From the human T2T-CHM13v2.0 reference genome, Homo sapiens, in assembly GCF_009914755.1 (NCBI RefSeq), contig NC_060931.1: a stretch of DNA of 64,000 bases; one strand, given 5' to 3'. A program made the translations under genes and the position numbers. Below the pieces are notes generated by a model. The model was given only the letters and a program-made list of their open reading frames with translations, made no database searches and was not told where the DNA came from. Positions 1 through 24,620 of the stretch are shown here, piece after piece (the stretch's first letter is position 1; each line of letters starts with the position of its first letter).

Positions 1-318
1 CATAAAACAGAATCAGTCACTATGTCACAAGCCATGGCAGAGGGAGGCCACGGGCTGGGTCAGGCGTTGCAGGCAGTACCCAGCTCGCCATGGATTGTGG
101 CCAAATGAGGTTGAGAGACGATGTTTTCACCTGCAGCTCTCAAATGCTTGCTCTCAGGAATCTCCACTCTCTTACTGGGGACCCAGCCGCAAATGACATC
201 TTAATAACAATATGAAAATAATTTTGCCAGATGCAGTGGCTCATGCCTGTAATCCCAGCACTTTGGGAGGCCGAGGCGGATGGATCACGAGGTCAGGAGA
301 TTCAGACCACCCTGGCTA

Positions 319-920
<602 letters not shown>

Positions 921-1259
921 TGAGGGCTGGGGCGGTGGCTCAGGCCTGTAATTCCAGCGCCTTGGGAGGTCAAGGCAGGAGGATCACTTGAGGCCAGGAG
1001 CTCCACATCAGCCTGGGCAACATAACAAGACCTCATCTCCACAAAATATTTAAAATTAGATGGGTGTGGTGGTGCATGCTTGCAGTCCCAGCTACTTGGG
1101 AGGCTGAGGCAGGAGGATTGCTTGAGCCCAGGAGGTCAAGGCTGTAGTGAACCACGATTGTGCCACGGCACTCCCTCCTGGGTGACAGGGTGAGACCCTG
1201 TGTCAAAACAGAAAAAAAAAAGTTTTGGAATGGATGGTGGTGATGATTGCACAACATAA

Positions 1260-1448
<189 letters not shown>

Positions 1449-1710
1449 TGAGTAGCTGGGATTACAGGCGTGCGCCACCACACCCAGCTAATTTTCATAT
1501 TTTTAGTAGAGACGGGGTTTCGCCATGTTGGTCAGTCTGGTCTCGAACTACTGACCTCATGATCCACCCACCTCAGCCTCCCAACGTGCTGGGATTAAGG
1601 TGTGAGCCACCGCGCACCTGGCCTGAACTATACATTTTTAAATAACTGGCCGGGCGCGGTGACTCAGGCCTGTAATCGGAGCACTTTGGGAGGCCAAGGT
1701 GGGCGGATCA

Positions 1711-2016
<306 letters not shown>

Positions 2017-2440
2017 TCACGCCACTGGACTCCAGCCCAGGAGACAGAGCAAGACTCCATCTCGAAAATAAAATAAAATAAAATAAGAATACAAAAATCA
2101 GCTGGGCGTTGTGGCAGGTGCCTGTGGTTCCAGCTACTTGGGAGGCTGGGGCAGAAGAATTGCTTCAACCCAGGAGACGAATGTTGCAGTGACCCGAGAT
2201 GACACCACTGAACTCTAGCCTGGGCCACTGAGCAAAACTCTTATCTCAAAAAAAAAAAAAAAAAAAAAACACTAAGATGGTTAATTAAAAAAAAAAAAAA
2301 AGTGGGTGGGAGCATGGAACATATATTCACATTTGTTTGGATATTAAAAAAAAAAAAAACTACCAGTGGCTGGGCGTGGTGGCTCACACCTGTAATCCCA
2401 GCACTTTGGGAGGCCGAGGTGGGCAAATCACCAGAGGTTA

Positions 2441-2659
<219 letters not shown>

Positions 2660-2808
2660 CTAATAAAATAAACAACTTTCTTACAATCAAAATAAAAGAT
2701 CATATCGTATCTAGTTTCTGCAACTTCTCTCTGGGATCAATAGACTGTGAACTATTTTTTGTTTACCAGATCTATGATAGGTACGATTTTATTGATTATT
2801 TTTTTTGA

Positions 2809-3063
<255 letters not shown>

Positions 3064-3404
3064 TGACTGATTGATTGATTGAGACAGTCTCACTCTGTTG
3101 CCCAGGCTGGAGTGCAGTGGTGCGATCATAGCTCACGGCAGCTTTGAACTCCTGGACTCAAACAGTCCTCCCACCTCACACCACTGCACTCCAGCTCGGG
3201 CGACAGAGCAAGACTGTGTCTCAAAAATAAAAATAAACAAAAATAAAATCTGGAAAAAGGGGGAGAGAGGGAGGGAGGGGAGAAATGGTGGAAAAACTAC
3301 CTATTGGGTACTATGTTCGCTATTTGGGTGATGAGTTCACTGGAAGCCCAAACCCCAGATTATACAATACACCCATGTACAAAAGCTGCACAGGTACCTC
3401 CTAA

Positions 3405-3707
<303 letters not shown>

Positions 3708-3834
3708 TGAATCTATTTTTAAAAAACAAGTCTGGTAAAAGACATCAGAGAATTTAAAAAAAAAAAAGAAAAGAAAAGAAAAAAAAAAGAGGTCACCAGA
3801 AACCCTTCCATCTGGAAGAAACGGTGTTAATTAC

Positions 3835-4298
3835 CACACAGTGCCTTAAAGAAATGCAGGTTAAATCTCTTACAGTCTTGGAGGGTCAGAAGTCCGAGAT
3901 AGGTCTCCCTGGGCTCAGGTCAAGTGCAGGCCGCGCTCCTCCTGGAGGTGCTGGGGGATGATCCCCTTTCCTGGCCTTTGCCAGCTTCTAGAATCTGCCT
4001 GCACTCCTTGGCTGGAGGGAGGACCTCACACACAGTGCGGCCTCTCCAGCACACAGAGTTGCTAGAGGTCCTCCCTCCAGCAACTGCCTGTGTTTCTCCC
4101 TCACCAGCCCTCGGCTCTTCCTCTCCTGCCTCCACGGCCCTGGTGATTGGACTGGGCCACCAGGATAATCCCAGAGCCTCTCCACATCTCAAGGTCCGCT
4201 GATCCGCAACTTCCGTTCCCCTCTGCCACAGAACCCGCAATCATGGGATCTGGGGACTGGGGCATGGACATCTCTGGGGCTCATTATTCTGCCTCCAC
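3835..4298 (-). mobile_element. MLT1-type (ERVL-MaLR) solo LTR
   Basis: Typical motifs cttacagt..ggaggg.cagaagtccgaga, ccagcttctaga and the terminal cattattctgcct.caca. Confidence 0.7.
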
Positions 4299-4526
4299 AG
4301 CCGGTCACAGCACCGCCGTGCCACGACCCAGCCAAGGCCTGGGCAGGAGGCAGGAGGGAGGCAGGAGCCCGGGACTCCTGGGGGTGACAAAGTTTGCAGC
4401 TATCACCCTGATCCTCAATCCCGGAGGCAGCCAGCTGGAGGTCGCCCCATCTCGGGACACAAAAGCAAACTCAGTGGGCTTGTGGGGAACGAATGCGCAA
4501 CAGAATTTACATCAATTTAAATGTAC

Positions 4527-7690
<3,164 letters not shown>

Positions 7691-8699
7691 AGCGTGTGCC
7701 TTCCCAGCAGGGGCTAGAGATCAGCCTCGGGCAGTGACGCTGGGGCACCTCCCCTGCCAGCCATCATCTTCCCCAGGCTCTGCAAGGCTCAGCTGCATGC
7801 TGGCCGAGGGGGCCTGGCACACAGAGGCCGATCCCCAGAGGGACAGCAGGGGTCTGGCATCATGGCAGGGGACACAGCGCCACCCTCAGGGGCCCCGTGA
7901 CCAAGGCGTGCCCCTCCCTACCCCTCACACATCCACCCCTCCACCCTGCCCCCAAGGCGGGTACCCAGCGCAGGCCCGGGCAGCTGCCCCAGCTCCTGGA
8001 CCCTCCACATCAGAGTTCCCAAGACACCCGTGCCCGCGGGAGCCTGAGCTGCCACGAAACCCGAGAGCCAGGAACTCTGGGAAACCCGCAGTTCTGAGCT
8101 GCCCAGAGAAACCGCAGAAAGGGCCTGGCCAGCAAGTCACCATTCCCGGCTCCTGAGTGTCACCACGGCCAGCCTTCCACAGGGCAGGCAGACACAAGAC
8201 ACAACACACAAAAGGAAGGGGAGACCCCCAGGCCCCTTCCGCAGAGGCTTCTCCGACCCCCGGCCCAGAGGCTGCTCCCTCCCCTTCCCGGGGGGGGAGA
8301 TGTCCACTTCCTGAGCTTGGAACACAGCAGAGTGGCCCCCGGCACCTGTGAAGGGACACAGGTGACATCCTTTGCTCTCCCAGCGCGGCCGGCTGGGAGC
8401 TCTCCTCCTTCACCCAAGGCCTGGGGATGGCGGTGGCTGAGAAAGGCTGGCCGGGTTCCCAGGCTGCTCCAGCCACGCAGAGGCGTCCCTGTGTCCTTGC
8501 CAATGGTATCTGAGTAAGGCCTCCCCTCCCTCATCCGTGCAGAGCAGAGGCCCAGCGTGCAGCATCTCACCCGGGCTCTGTGACCGTGCGACACGCTAAC
8601 CACCACTAGCTGCGTGGCCTTAAGCAGGCAGCTGACCCCCGGGCGCCCCGACTTCATCTGCAAAGCAAGGGTCACGGCAAACCATGGCTCCGAAGCTAG

Positions 8700-9668
<969 letters not shown>

Positions 9669-9814
9669 AAGCAGGAGCATCAGCTCAGGAGGTGTGTGGG
9701 AAAACACAAGTTCCCCCAGACCTGGGCTGAAGCCGCTGCCCCCACTACACCCCCAGCACGCCCCTCAGCAAGGCCAAGGCCAACACCAACAGGCCCAGTG
9801 CACTAAGACGCACT

Positions 9815-10450
9815 TTCTAAAAATGGCCACAACATGACCTCCCACCCCAAGAGGTCTTCTGCAATGACAGCTCATCACTCATCCTGGCAAGTGGGGGGTC
9901 TGTGCCCCGTCTCTTGAATGTGGCAGCTTCTGGGACTGCCTTGGTCAACAGGGTGTGGAAGTGATGCCATGTGACAGCCAAAGCCAGGGCCCGTCCTTCT
10001 GGTTTTCTGGAGACGCTTGCTCTTGGGACCCAGCTGCCACGCTGTGAGGAAGCCCAACTAGCCTATGTAGAGAGACCACATGGAGAGGCCACTTAGACCA
10101 CATGGAGAGACCACATGGAGGGGCCACATGGAGAGGCCACGTGACAAGGCCACATGGAGAGGTCTCATGGAGAGGCCACACGAGGCCACATGGAGGTGTT
10201 CTGGCCACGGGCCCCACTGAGGTCCAGGTCAACACCAGCATTGACCACCAGACCTGCGAGTGAAGATGCTTCCAGGAGACTTCAGTCCCCAACTGCTGAG
10301 TCACTGTGGTGGAGGCTCCAGACACCATGGAACAGATAACTCGTAGTGCCATCCCCTGTGCAAATACCTGCCCTGGAGAAGCCGTGAGCACCCCACAGTG
10401 GCCGTTCTGGACCCTGAACTTGGGAGTGCCTTGTTATGTACAAGACAGAA
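9815..10450 (+). mobile_element. MLT1-type LTR with an internal 13-bp tandem expansion
   Basis: aaaaatggccaca...ggaagtgatgccatgtgac...cagctgccacgctgtgaggaagccca...ttgttatgta; tandem ccacatggagagg units at 10070-10197. Confidence 0.7.
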
Positions 10451-11039
10451 TGTTTCTGGCTATTGCTCAGCCTTGGCGCTCCTCTCCCCCGCTTGCCTGT
10501 CACTGTAATGACAGTCTCACATGTTCCTCTGAAGGAAGGGCTCCTGGGCTTCCTCGCTGCACACATTCCCATCCTCTCTCCCCTGCTGCAGCCATTGGCG
10601 TCGGCAGCACAGAGTATCAGCCCCCACCCACTGCCCAATTCCCCAGCACCGACCGCTGATTTCCCTCCAGCCAGACACAAGACATCACCAGGGGACGGTG
10701 TGTACATGTCAAGCTGCAGGCAACGGCTCAGACAATGTTGGGCAGGATGGGAGGCTCCTGGCCCTATGTCGCCATTTCTGCCAGAGAAACACCATCACCT
10801 CAAGAACCAAGCCAGAAGGAGGCATTGCTGAGTCCCTGGCTCATGTGAGGGGCCCCACCCTGGCCGCTCCGTTCTGCAGCAGCCCTGGAGCCCACCCTCT
10901 GCCGGCAGCCCTGTCCCCATCCGGATCCTGGTGCCTCCTCCCACCTCCTGCCACATTTGGGCCGAGCCTCTTCCCAGAGCCCAGGACAGGTAAAGGAGGT
11001 CTCTGCCCCCAAACTGACACTGCAAATACACCAGCCTCA

Positions 11040-12900
<1,861 letters not shown>

Positions 12901-13376
12901 ATGAACAATGCTGAGGCTGTTTCCACAGCCCTGAGGGAAAGCCTAAGCTGACTCGGCCCTGCCTGCCTTCAGCCAGCCACCACTTTTGCTGTCTGAGCTG
13001 CCACCAGACCACAGGGAGGCTTTTGCAGTGTGTAGCCTGCACAACCGTGCCAGTGTACCTGCACTGCTCCCTGCCAGGCCCATCCTGACCTACGCAGCCT
13101 CCTCTTTCACCTTTGGCCTCCCCAGCCCAAGGCTGTCTCAGCTGTCACCTCCTGATGCCCCCTGGGGAGTGTCTGCCCCCCGCTTTGGGTCTTGTGTCTC
13201 CATCCACACACCTCTGTTTCAGACAACCCGCCTCCCCAAGCACGGCACCCGCCCCCAACCATCTGAAGTGAACAAAGCTACCAGCCTCGGACCCAAGGAA
13301 GGGGTTGTAGGCAAGAGGTCAAAGTATCCGTGCTGGAAGGACCACACAGCCGCCTGGCTTTCTAAATCAAGTCCAT

Positions 13377-13382
13377 TTTATT
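13377..13382 (-). terminator. Poly(A) signal of the main FBXL18 transcript
   Basis: TTTATT on + (AATAAA on -), with an upstream TGTA (CATGTACATG at ~13404-13413) and a downstream GU-rich GGCTGTGTGGTC. Confidence 0.8.
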
Positions 13383-14024
13383 TGAAATTTTCCACATGCC
13401 ACACATGTACATGAAAATTCCCATCCAGAATGTAGTTTGCTACAGTGAACACCAATGTCAGGAGCAGGCATCACCGTGAGACGCCACGGGGGCAGGTCAG
13501 CGGGACGGGGACAGGGAGGTTGGTCATCGAAAGGCAGGTGATGCATGTCGGGTCATTTAGCACCTGGTCATGAGATACGGCGAGACCCCCAGGTCCAGGG
13601 AAAGGTCTCCCCTTAAAACCACGTGGAGCTCTGCTGTCTCTGGGCAGTCTCACGTGGACAGACAATGCTCAGAAGGTGGCGAAGGGGCTGGAGGGAGATA
13701 CCACCGACGGCTGCAGGGGAGGGGCACGCACACACACAGGCACGCACATGCTTGCCCATGAACACCCCCCGGGCACACACACACCCTTGCACACTCCCCA
13801 CCCTCCCTCCACCCCAGACACATCAGCACAGCGGTCCAGGCTCTGGCTCACTCCCCGGGAGGCTTCTGTGGCCAGGGTTCCCATGGCGGGTCTGGTGGCA
13901 ACAGCTTGGAGAAAAGCCTCCCGGGACCAACCCTCATTCCCAGGTCCACTGATCTGGGGTAGGAGTAGCCAAGTGTTCTGACAGGCGGTTTTCCCGTAAA
14001 CCGACCCCTTCAGCGTTTCTGCTT

Positions 14025-15278
<1,254 letters not shown>

Positions 15279-16224
15279 GCTCTGTAATTTTCAGATCCTA
15301 AAAGGAGCAGATAACAGGGGAAGAGGAGGTGGGAGGCTGCCACAGCGCTGCCTGCTGGGGGATCAAGGTCCCCGCATCCAGGCCTCCAGCACCCTCCATC
15401 CCTGCAGGAGCACTGCTGGCACCGCCAAGGCCGGAGCACTGGTCTGGAGCTTCATTGGCCGGCAGGGGCCCAGCCCTCAGCTGTTGGAGCCCTACGGCTC
15501 TAGGTCTGGCCCCTCCACAAGCCCTCCAGGCCCACGCCTGAGCCCAGCCCCGGTCCCCTGGGTCCAACGGCCTGTGGCTCTGGGTCCGGACCCAGGGTGT
15601 GGTTGAGGGAGGGCGCTGCTGAGCTGGCAGGCAACCCTTGTGTGTTTGCAGCGCAAGAGGAGCTCAGCCCGTCCTGGCTGCCGTCCTGGGTCGAAGCAGC
15701 AAGTGTCTTCCCGCCCTGTGCACAGACAGGTCCCAGGAGGGCCTCTTGGAGAAGAAACCGCTCAGGCCCATGTCCTGGCAGGGCCTCTGGGGGCAGCAGA
15801 TGGCAAGGATAGAGCCCGCCCCCTCTGCTGCAGAAGGAAGCGGCCCTCACCCAGCCCCCCTGGGCTGGACGGGCCGTTGAAAACAAGAAAAGCCTTCCAT
15901 AGCAGAAAGGAGTACTCAAGGCCCAGAAAGGCAGCTTTGCTCTGGGTCATCAGGCTCAAGTGCCTGCTCTGGGCCACCTTCGGAAGCCTGGTGGAGCCGA
16001 GTGTTGCCTGGTGACGTGGAGCAGGAGGCGGGGCGGAGGCTGCGGGACACGGGGCTGCAGGGCCGGGAAGGGGGTCAGGAGAATAAATAGCAGCTAGGTG
16101 TGGGGTGAGCTGGGAGCACAGGCAGGAGGGGGCAGCCAGAGAGGTTGGGGCTCTCCCTTTTAAAGAACAAAGGGATACATACCCTTTCCCCTCCTCCCTC
16201 CCTCCAACCCCACAGTCTCTCCCT

Positions 16225-16445
16225 CACATACACACACGGAAGACGTGACTCACACACGCTTGCACACACAGGGCACAGGTACACGAAGGCACACGTGCAC
16301 ACACAGGGCACAGGTACACGCAGGCACATGTACACACAGGCACACGTGCACGCAGGCACACGCATGCAGGCACATGTGCACACACAGGGCACAGGTACCC
16401 GCAGGCACACGTGCACGCAGGCACACGCACGCAGGCACGGGGACA
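16225..16445. repeat. Minisatellite (~35-bp unit tgcacacacagggcacaggtacacg.aggcacacg plus sub-units)
   Basis: Three near-full units at ~16261, 16296 and 16377, with shorter caggcacacg sub-repeats between them. Confidence 0.9.
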
Positions 16446-17984
16446 AGTGCTGACCACGCTCCTCCAGCAGGCAGCATATGGTCTGCTGCTTAACAGCCGA
16501 GCTCTGCCAATTGGGGACCATTAGGGTGGGTTCTTTTCCCAGCATCAAATGCTGCAGAATATAAATTGCAACTAACGCTGGTGCCAAAATAGCACTTAGA
16601 GAAAATAAGCACGTTATTAACATCTGGTGAAGCCCATCTCGGGGGTAGCAGCAGCGGAAATTCTTGCTCTAAGTCAGAGGATGGTTGCAGGGGACACTAA
16701 AAATACAAGGTCCACTGTTTCAGGGGTGCTTTCCAAGGCACTGCACCCCAGCCTCAGGAACAGCCCTTCCCCCAGTCCTGTCTATGAGTATAAATTATGC
16801 TGCTGGTTAAAACCGCTTGCTCATGAGAACAGGACACCCAGGCGCGATCGTACACACGCTAGGATGCATTCCTGGAGCAGACGCAATTCTCTAGCCCGAG
16901 TGGGGAATGTTCTGGAGGAAGGAGTGGGGCGGAGCTGCGGTGCCCAGAGACACAGGCGCCCTGAGGGTCCGGGAACCTCCCAGGCCACTCGCCCCTGCCT
17001 GGTCGGAGAGCAAGAAGTGGTCAGTCCCAGGAGGCACCACACCACCCGATCTGATCGCCGCGCCTGGTGGTCTCCAGGTGCCATTTTAAAGCTCTAAAGA
17101 AATGCCCAGGAACTGTGGGTGGGGGGGGTGCTCCCACCACCTCTGAGACCCTCATCTACAGCCCCTGCCCCCTGGGGCCGTGGGCAGCTGGTCCTGCGGC
17201 CTGCAGACTAGGAGACGGGGCCTAGGGGTGTGGCTCTCACAGGCCATGACAGGAGGGCCAGGAGGCCTCTGGGAGGCGAAGGCTTGGTCTGGTGTGGGTC
17301 CCACCATCGGGCACTGCTGGAATCAGCCTGCAGAAGGGTCCCTCTGGCCAGGAGGCAAAGGTTCTGCACTGGGTGCAGCCTGGGGCTGGGAGAGGACCCG
17401 TGGGCTTCAGAGAGGAGGCGATGACCCCATACATACAAGAAAGTCAGGGTGAAGTGGGAGGAGACCTCGAACCCCAGATCCACCTGTGCCAGTGAGCAGA
17501 GGCGCCAGGGTGGGGTCAAGACTGCCAGGTGGAGAGCTGGGAGGCAGCCTGCACAGGAGGGCTGTACCTCCCCACAGCTCTGACCCCAGTTCTCCAAAGG
17601 CCTCCTGGACAAGGAGCTTGGCCCCCAGAGCAAGGAGCTGCTGAAAACCATCCCCACTCAGGGGCAGGGCCGGTGATTGGAGGCCTGGGGATGGTGTACC
17701 CCATTTTTTAACAGCAAAGCAAATGTGAGACACCACCCCACAGGACGGGGCATCTGTCACACGGAAACCCAGGAGGAGGAAGGCGGGCTGGACAAGGGGC
17801 CCTTCACCAAGAGCGGCCAGGGCGGCGGTCCAGGCTAGCAGGGCCCAACTACAGCCCCCTTTGGAAGCCACTGGCCCAGGGACAGCTCTAGGAGCGCCTG
17901 GAGGTGGAGGACGGCAGAAGCGGCCACCGTGGCACATGGGGTGAGGACTCAGATGCCAGGAGGATGTCCTCATTTTTGGAATAA

Positions 17985-18406
<422 letters not shown>

Positions 18407-19320
18407 TGAGTATTTTTAAAGTCTTAAATGAAGTCATTTGAAATGGGGTCATGTGATTGCTACTCCAGCCTTAAGAATCCTTTCTGGGTTTTAATGTTTC
18501 GCGTTATTCTAACAAAGCCGAATGTGTATCGATTTCCCCAGGAACGCGCATGGACCTTCCCAGGGAAGCTGAAGGCCGTGGGGTGGGTGGGAGGGGGAGG
18601 AGGCCTCTCTCGTTAGAAACGGGCCCTGCTGGTTGGGCTGAAAAGTCACAGGAGAGGCTCCAACCAGCAGTCCCAACCTCAGGGGACCTCTCTGGGGCCA
18701 CAGGCATCATCTGGCTAGAAAAGCCCCAGAGACATGAGTGGGCTCAAGTGTGTCCTAATGGGATGGAGAGTCCCAAGTCTGCAGCCACTAAACTGGCAGG
18801 CCCTTCCCCATGTCACACTTGACCATGCAAGGGGACACTCAGACACACGGTGACCAGCCCGGCCGACTGGACTTCAGGGGGACAGCATGTGGCCGCCCAT
18901 CCACGGGGCCCCGGTGGCAGGTGACCACAAACACAACAGCCAAGGGACACGCTTCCCGGTCGGAAGTGGCAGGGGGTTCGGGCCCTCCAGGCCCGTGGAC
19001 AGGGCCCCCAGGGATTGCGGCTCAGTATACAAACCCCCCAGCCAGGCCCCAAGGGTCAGCCTGGTTCAGCCAGCCCCCCACATCGACCGTCCCCCGAGCC
19101 CCCTCATGTCACCCAGAACGCATCCCCTCGACCCAAACTTCACAGAGCAACAGTCCCCATGAGAGAGCCGTGGAGACGCCGGGAGCCCCAGGAGCCAGGT
19201 GGGGCGTGGCTGGCCGGGAGAGAGGCCCCCTTCCTCTTGTGACAAACCAAGGGTCCCTGGCGTCCCAGGCTCCTGCAGCTTCTCGAGGTGACTGAGACCG
19301 ATGGGCGGCGGCTCCGCCTC

Positions 19321-19477
19321 TCACCACCACAGGTTCGGCGGTTCCTCGGCCACTCTGCTCTTAAATAAGGTGATCTCATCCAGGTGCACCAGGGGGACGT
19401 CCCGGATGACGTCGGTCAGGCCCTCGTGGAGCAGAGGGAAGATGACGACGTTTAACGCGGGCCGCTCGGCCTGGAAG
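19321..19477 (-). CDS. FBXL18: FBXL18 coding exon 5 (main terminal exon, ...EEPPNLWW*)
   Basis: Acceptor GTCTCTGGTTCAG|C, stop TGA at 19323-19321. Total CDS 18+219+1544+219+157 = 2157 nt = 718 aa, matching the isoform length I recall. Confidence 0.95.
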
Positions 19478-20309
19478 CTGAACCAGAGACAGGCGGTCAG
19501 CGGATTACATGGGTGGCCACGGAGGGGGCGGAGCCTGCTGGGGAAGCCCAGGAGGCACTCACACCTGCCTCCCCGTCCCGGGCTCACCTGGGGCTCCCAG
19601 ACAGACCATGCCTGCCAGAGTCACCCTCTAAGTGCCTCAAGGGCCCTGTACGTGGCAGACAGAGCTGGGGAGGAGCACGGCAGCCGGGAACAGGCCACAC
19701 GCTTCTCTCCAGGCTCAGGGGGCACCCGCTCCATGCCAGCCACGAGGATCAGAGGCCCCGGAGGCCAACCCTGCTCTGCAGATGTGCTGCTGGGCCCCAG
19801 GGCAGCAGAGGGACCCCACTGCAGGAGTGGCAGATCCGAGGCCCCTGGCCCACGGAAGCCCCACGGCCAGGACAGAGAGAAGGGACAGGTGCCCACACCC
19901 CACAGCCGCAGGTGGGCCACCTCAAGGGGGTGCGACTGCCAAGTCAGTGAGGCAGCAGCAGTCGCTGGGAGGAGCAGATACCCAGGTGGCCACTCAGGAA
20001 AAGCACACGTTTGACCGCATGACAAATGGCAGGTAGGCGACCCCCCCCCAATGCCCCCACCCCCAGGCGACCAGCCCCCGCCACGCTGTGCACGAAAACT
20101 CATGCACAATTGCCACGGGGTGCCCACCGAGTGCCAGACGCTGCATTGAGCTCGACAGACATGACCTCATTTTGCCTTCCCCACAACCCTACAACCAACC
20201 ACAGTCCCCCAGCGGGCCATGAAGCAGAACAGGGACCCCTCCACAGTCAGAGCAGGCCACCAGCACAGCCCTACTGGCCCTCCTAGGCCAAAATGCAATG
20301 CAAGTGCAT

Positions 20310-24222
<3,913 letters not shown>

Positions 24223-24601
24223 AGAGACGGCGGCCGATACCCAGTCGTGTGTGAAGGTGAGTCTGTCAGAGACAGGAGGGTGATGGCCATCAAAAAAGGC
24301 AGCGCGGTCACCAGCAACAGGTCACCGGCGACAGGTCAGCAGCCACGACACGGGCCGGCCCTGCAGGCTGAGACACAGAGAGACGGTTGAGACCCCAGGC
24401 CACCCAGGGAGAGGACGGGTGAGCCGCACAACAGCCCGGGGCCAGGTCCTCCCTCTGGCTCCATAAATCCTCCAGGCAGGAAAAAAGACGAGAAAGAGAA
24501 AAGCGTCAGGAAAAGCGAGAGCAAACCGCTGCTCCTCCTCCTCCTTCCGCGCCCAGGGCGCAAAGCAGGGGGCGGGGCCTGCGGCCGGTTCCCGGGAGCC
24601 C

Positions 24602-24620
24602 CAGCGCCACCTGCTGGGCC
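24602..24620 (-). promoter_or_regulatory. CTCF motif (reverse orientation)
   Basis: The minus strand reads GGCCCAGCAGGTGGCGCTG, a near-consensus core, in a CpG-rich patch next to a GC box (GGGGCGGGGC at ~24569). Confidence 0.7.

Noticed and set aside
10070-10197. Short repeats resembling a CRISPR array
   Set aside because: Degenerate tandem units without unique spacers, inside an LTR in human DNA.
16075-16623. Cys-rich or His-rich ORFs suggesting metal-binding proteins (also 6889-7748)
   Set aside because: They are translations of TG/CA repeats.
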